Shown here piece after piece: positions 6,547 through 7,384 of a DNA stretch of 7,384 nt. The position numbers and the translations under genes are program-made. This DNA comes from Octopus sinensis (Eukaryota). The notes under the pieces were generated by a model. The model was not told the DNA's origin and made no database searches. It saw only the letters and a list, made by a program, of their open reading frames with translations. The stretch's first letter is position 1; the number at the start of each line of letters is the position of its first letter. The stretch is taken from positions 1 to 7,384 of the forward strand of contig NW_021828899.1 of the NCBI RefSeq assembly GCF_006345805.1, written 5' to 3'.

Positions 6547-7384
6547 ATAATTAAAATATTTCTTAATAAAATAAAACAATAAAGTAAAACGAGAAAGTTA
6601 TAAATTAGTTAATGTCATGAGGAAATTATTATTATAATACATTCCGTAGGAACATTAACAAAGTTATAATCCGACACGTGTCACAAGCAAAACAATTTTC
6701 TGTTCCTTGCTCGTCCATGCCCCTCTGTTGCGGGTGAAATCCCGCAAAGATTTTAGGTCGTCCCAGTTTTTGAAACTTTTGCCACGAAGTTTGAGATCCC
6801 TTTCAAGAACTGCCGGAAGAGTGGATCTAGATCTTCCACGATATTTGTCTCCATGTTCGGAAAAATAATCATCCATTGCCCGATTGGTCGGAGCTCTGGG
6901 GTCCATTCGCAAAATATTAATAAATAATTTCCACCGGCCTCTAACGATTTCACCGACCTTCCGCGAGCTTGGTTCGAAATGCCCACATTGAAAATCTTAT
7001 CATAAGACAGTCACCCATTTGGCAACTCGATGCAATAGAATGCTTAATTCCGAGTAAACAAGGCGACATAACGAAATTGTTAAATGCATACACATGCACC
7101 TATGCAGAAAATTTGGATTCAAAAAATCAAAAAGGTTAAAGACTCACTCTATCCAAAGAGTTGACACTACTATCCTTAGTTAATTTACTAAATAATTAAG
7201 ATTAATTTATTCAAGTTTAATGCAACTTGGGTCACTCGTCTTCTGAAAAAGTTAAATTTGTTGACTTAAATAGCAATATCAAAAAAATGACAATTTGGGA
7301 AATTAATTATTTTAAAAATAAAATGAATAACAACGTCATAAGAAATGCCAAATCGCATAAAAAAAGCTCATTCGAAACGTAAAG
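6547..7384 (-). repeat. At least 838-bp inverted repeat of 3073-3916
   Basis: It begins ATAATTAAAATATTTC (reverse complement of 3901-3916) immediately after H2A sequence and continues colinearly to the window end (7384 pairs with 3073). Confidence 0.97.
6625..7032 (-). mobile_element. Third, inverted copy of the LINE-like fragment
   Basis: Reverse complement of about 3431-3838. ORF 6664-6912 gives RMDPRAPTNRAMDDYFSEHGDKYRGRSRSTLPAVLERDLK. Confidence 0.62.

Overview
AT-rich eukaryotic DNA that is not a simple linear locus. The underlying locus, best read at 2207-6546, contains five elements: a degraded unidentified ORF (-), the 3' fragment of a non-LTR retrotransposon (+), a divergent histone H3 gene (+, 4228-4639), a decayed Tc1-type DNA transposon with TIRs and TA target duplication (4871-6022), and a divergent histone H2A gene (-) whose 5' end is cut off at 6546. 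The rest of the window re-reads this locus. 240-1969 is the reverse complement of 3570-5313, and 6547-7384 is the reverse complement of 3073-3916. 1968-2206 is a direct copy of 5075-5313, and 1-476 is the reverse complement of 1968-2453. The result is two fold-back junctions (about 1969 and 6547) and one head-to-tail junction (5313-type sequence joined to 2207) that is seen twice and defines a 3107-bp H3-containing unit. The copies differ mostly by single-base indels. The simplest reading is an error-prone long read of a whole-genome-amplification (MDA-type) chimera; a genuine inverted amplification cannot be excluded from sequence alone. The biological points of interest are the divergent H3/H2A pair and a 4-copy motif upstream of H3. 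I found no evidence that firmly supports a novel system.
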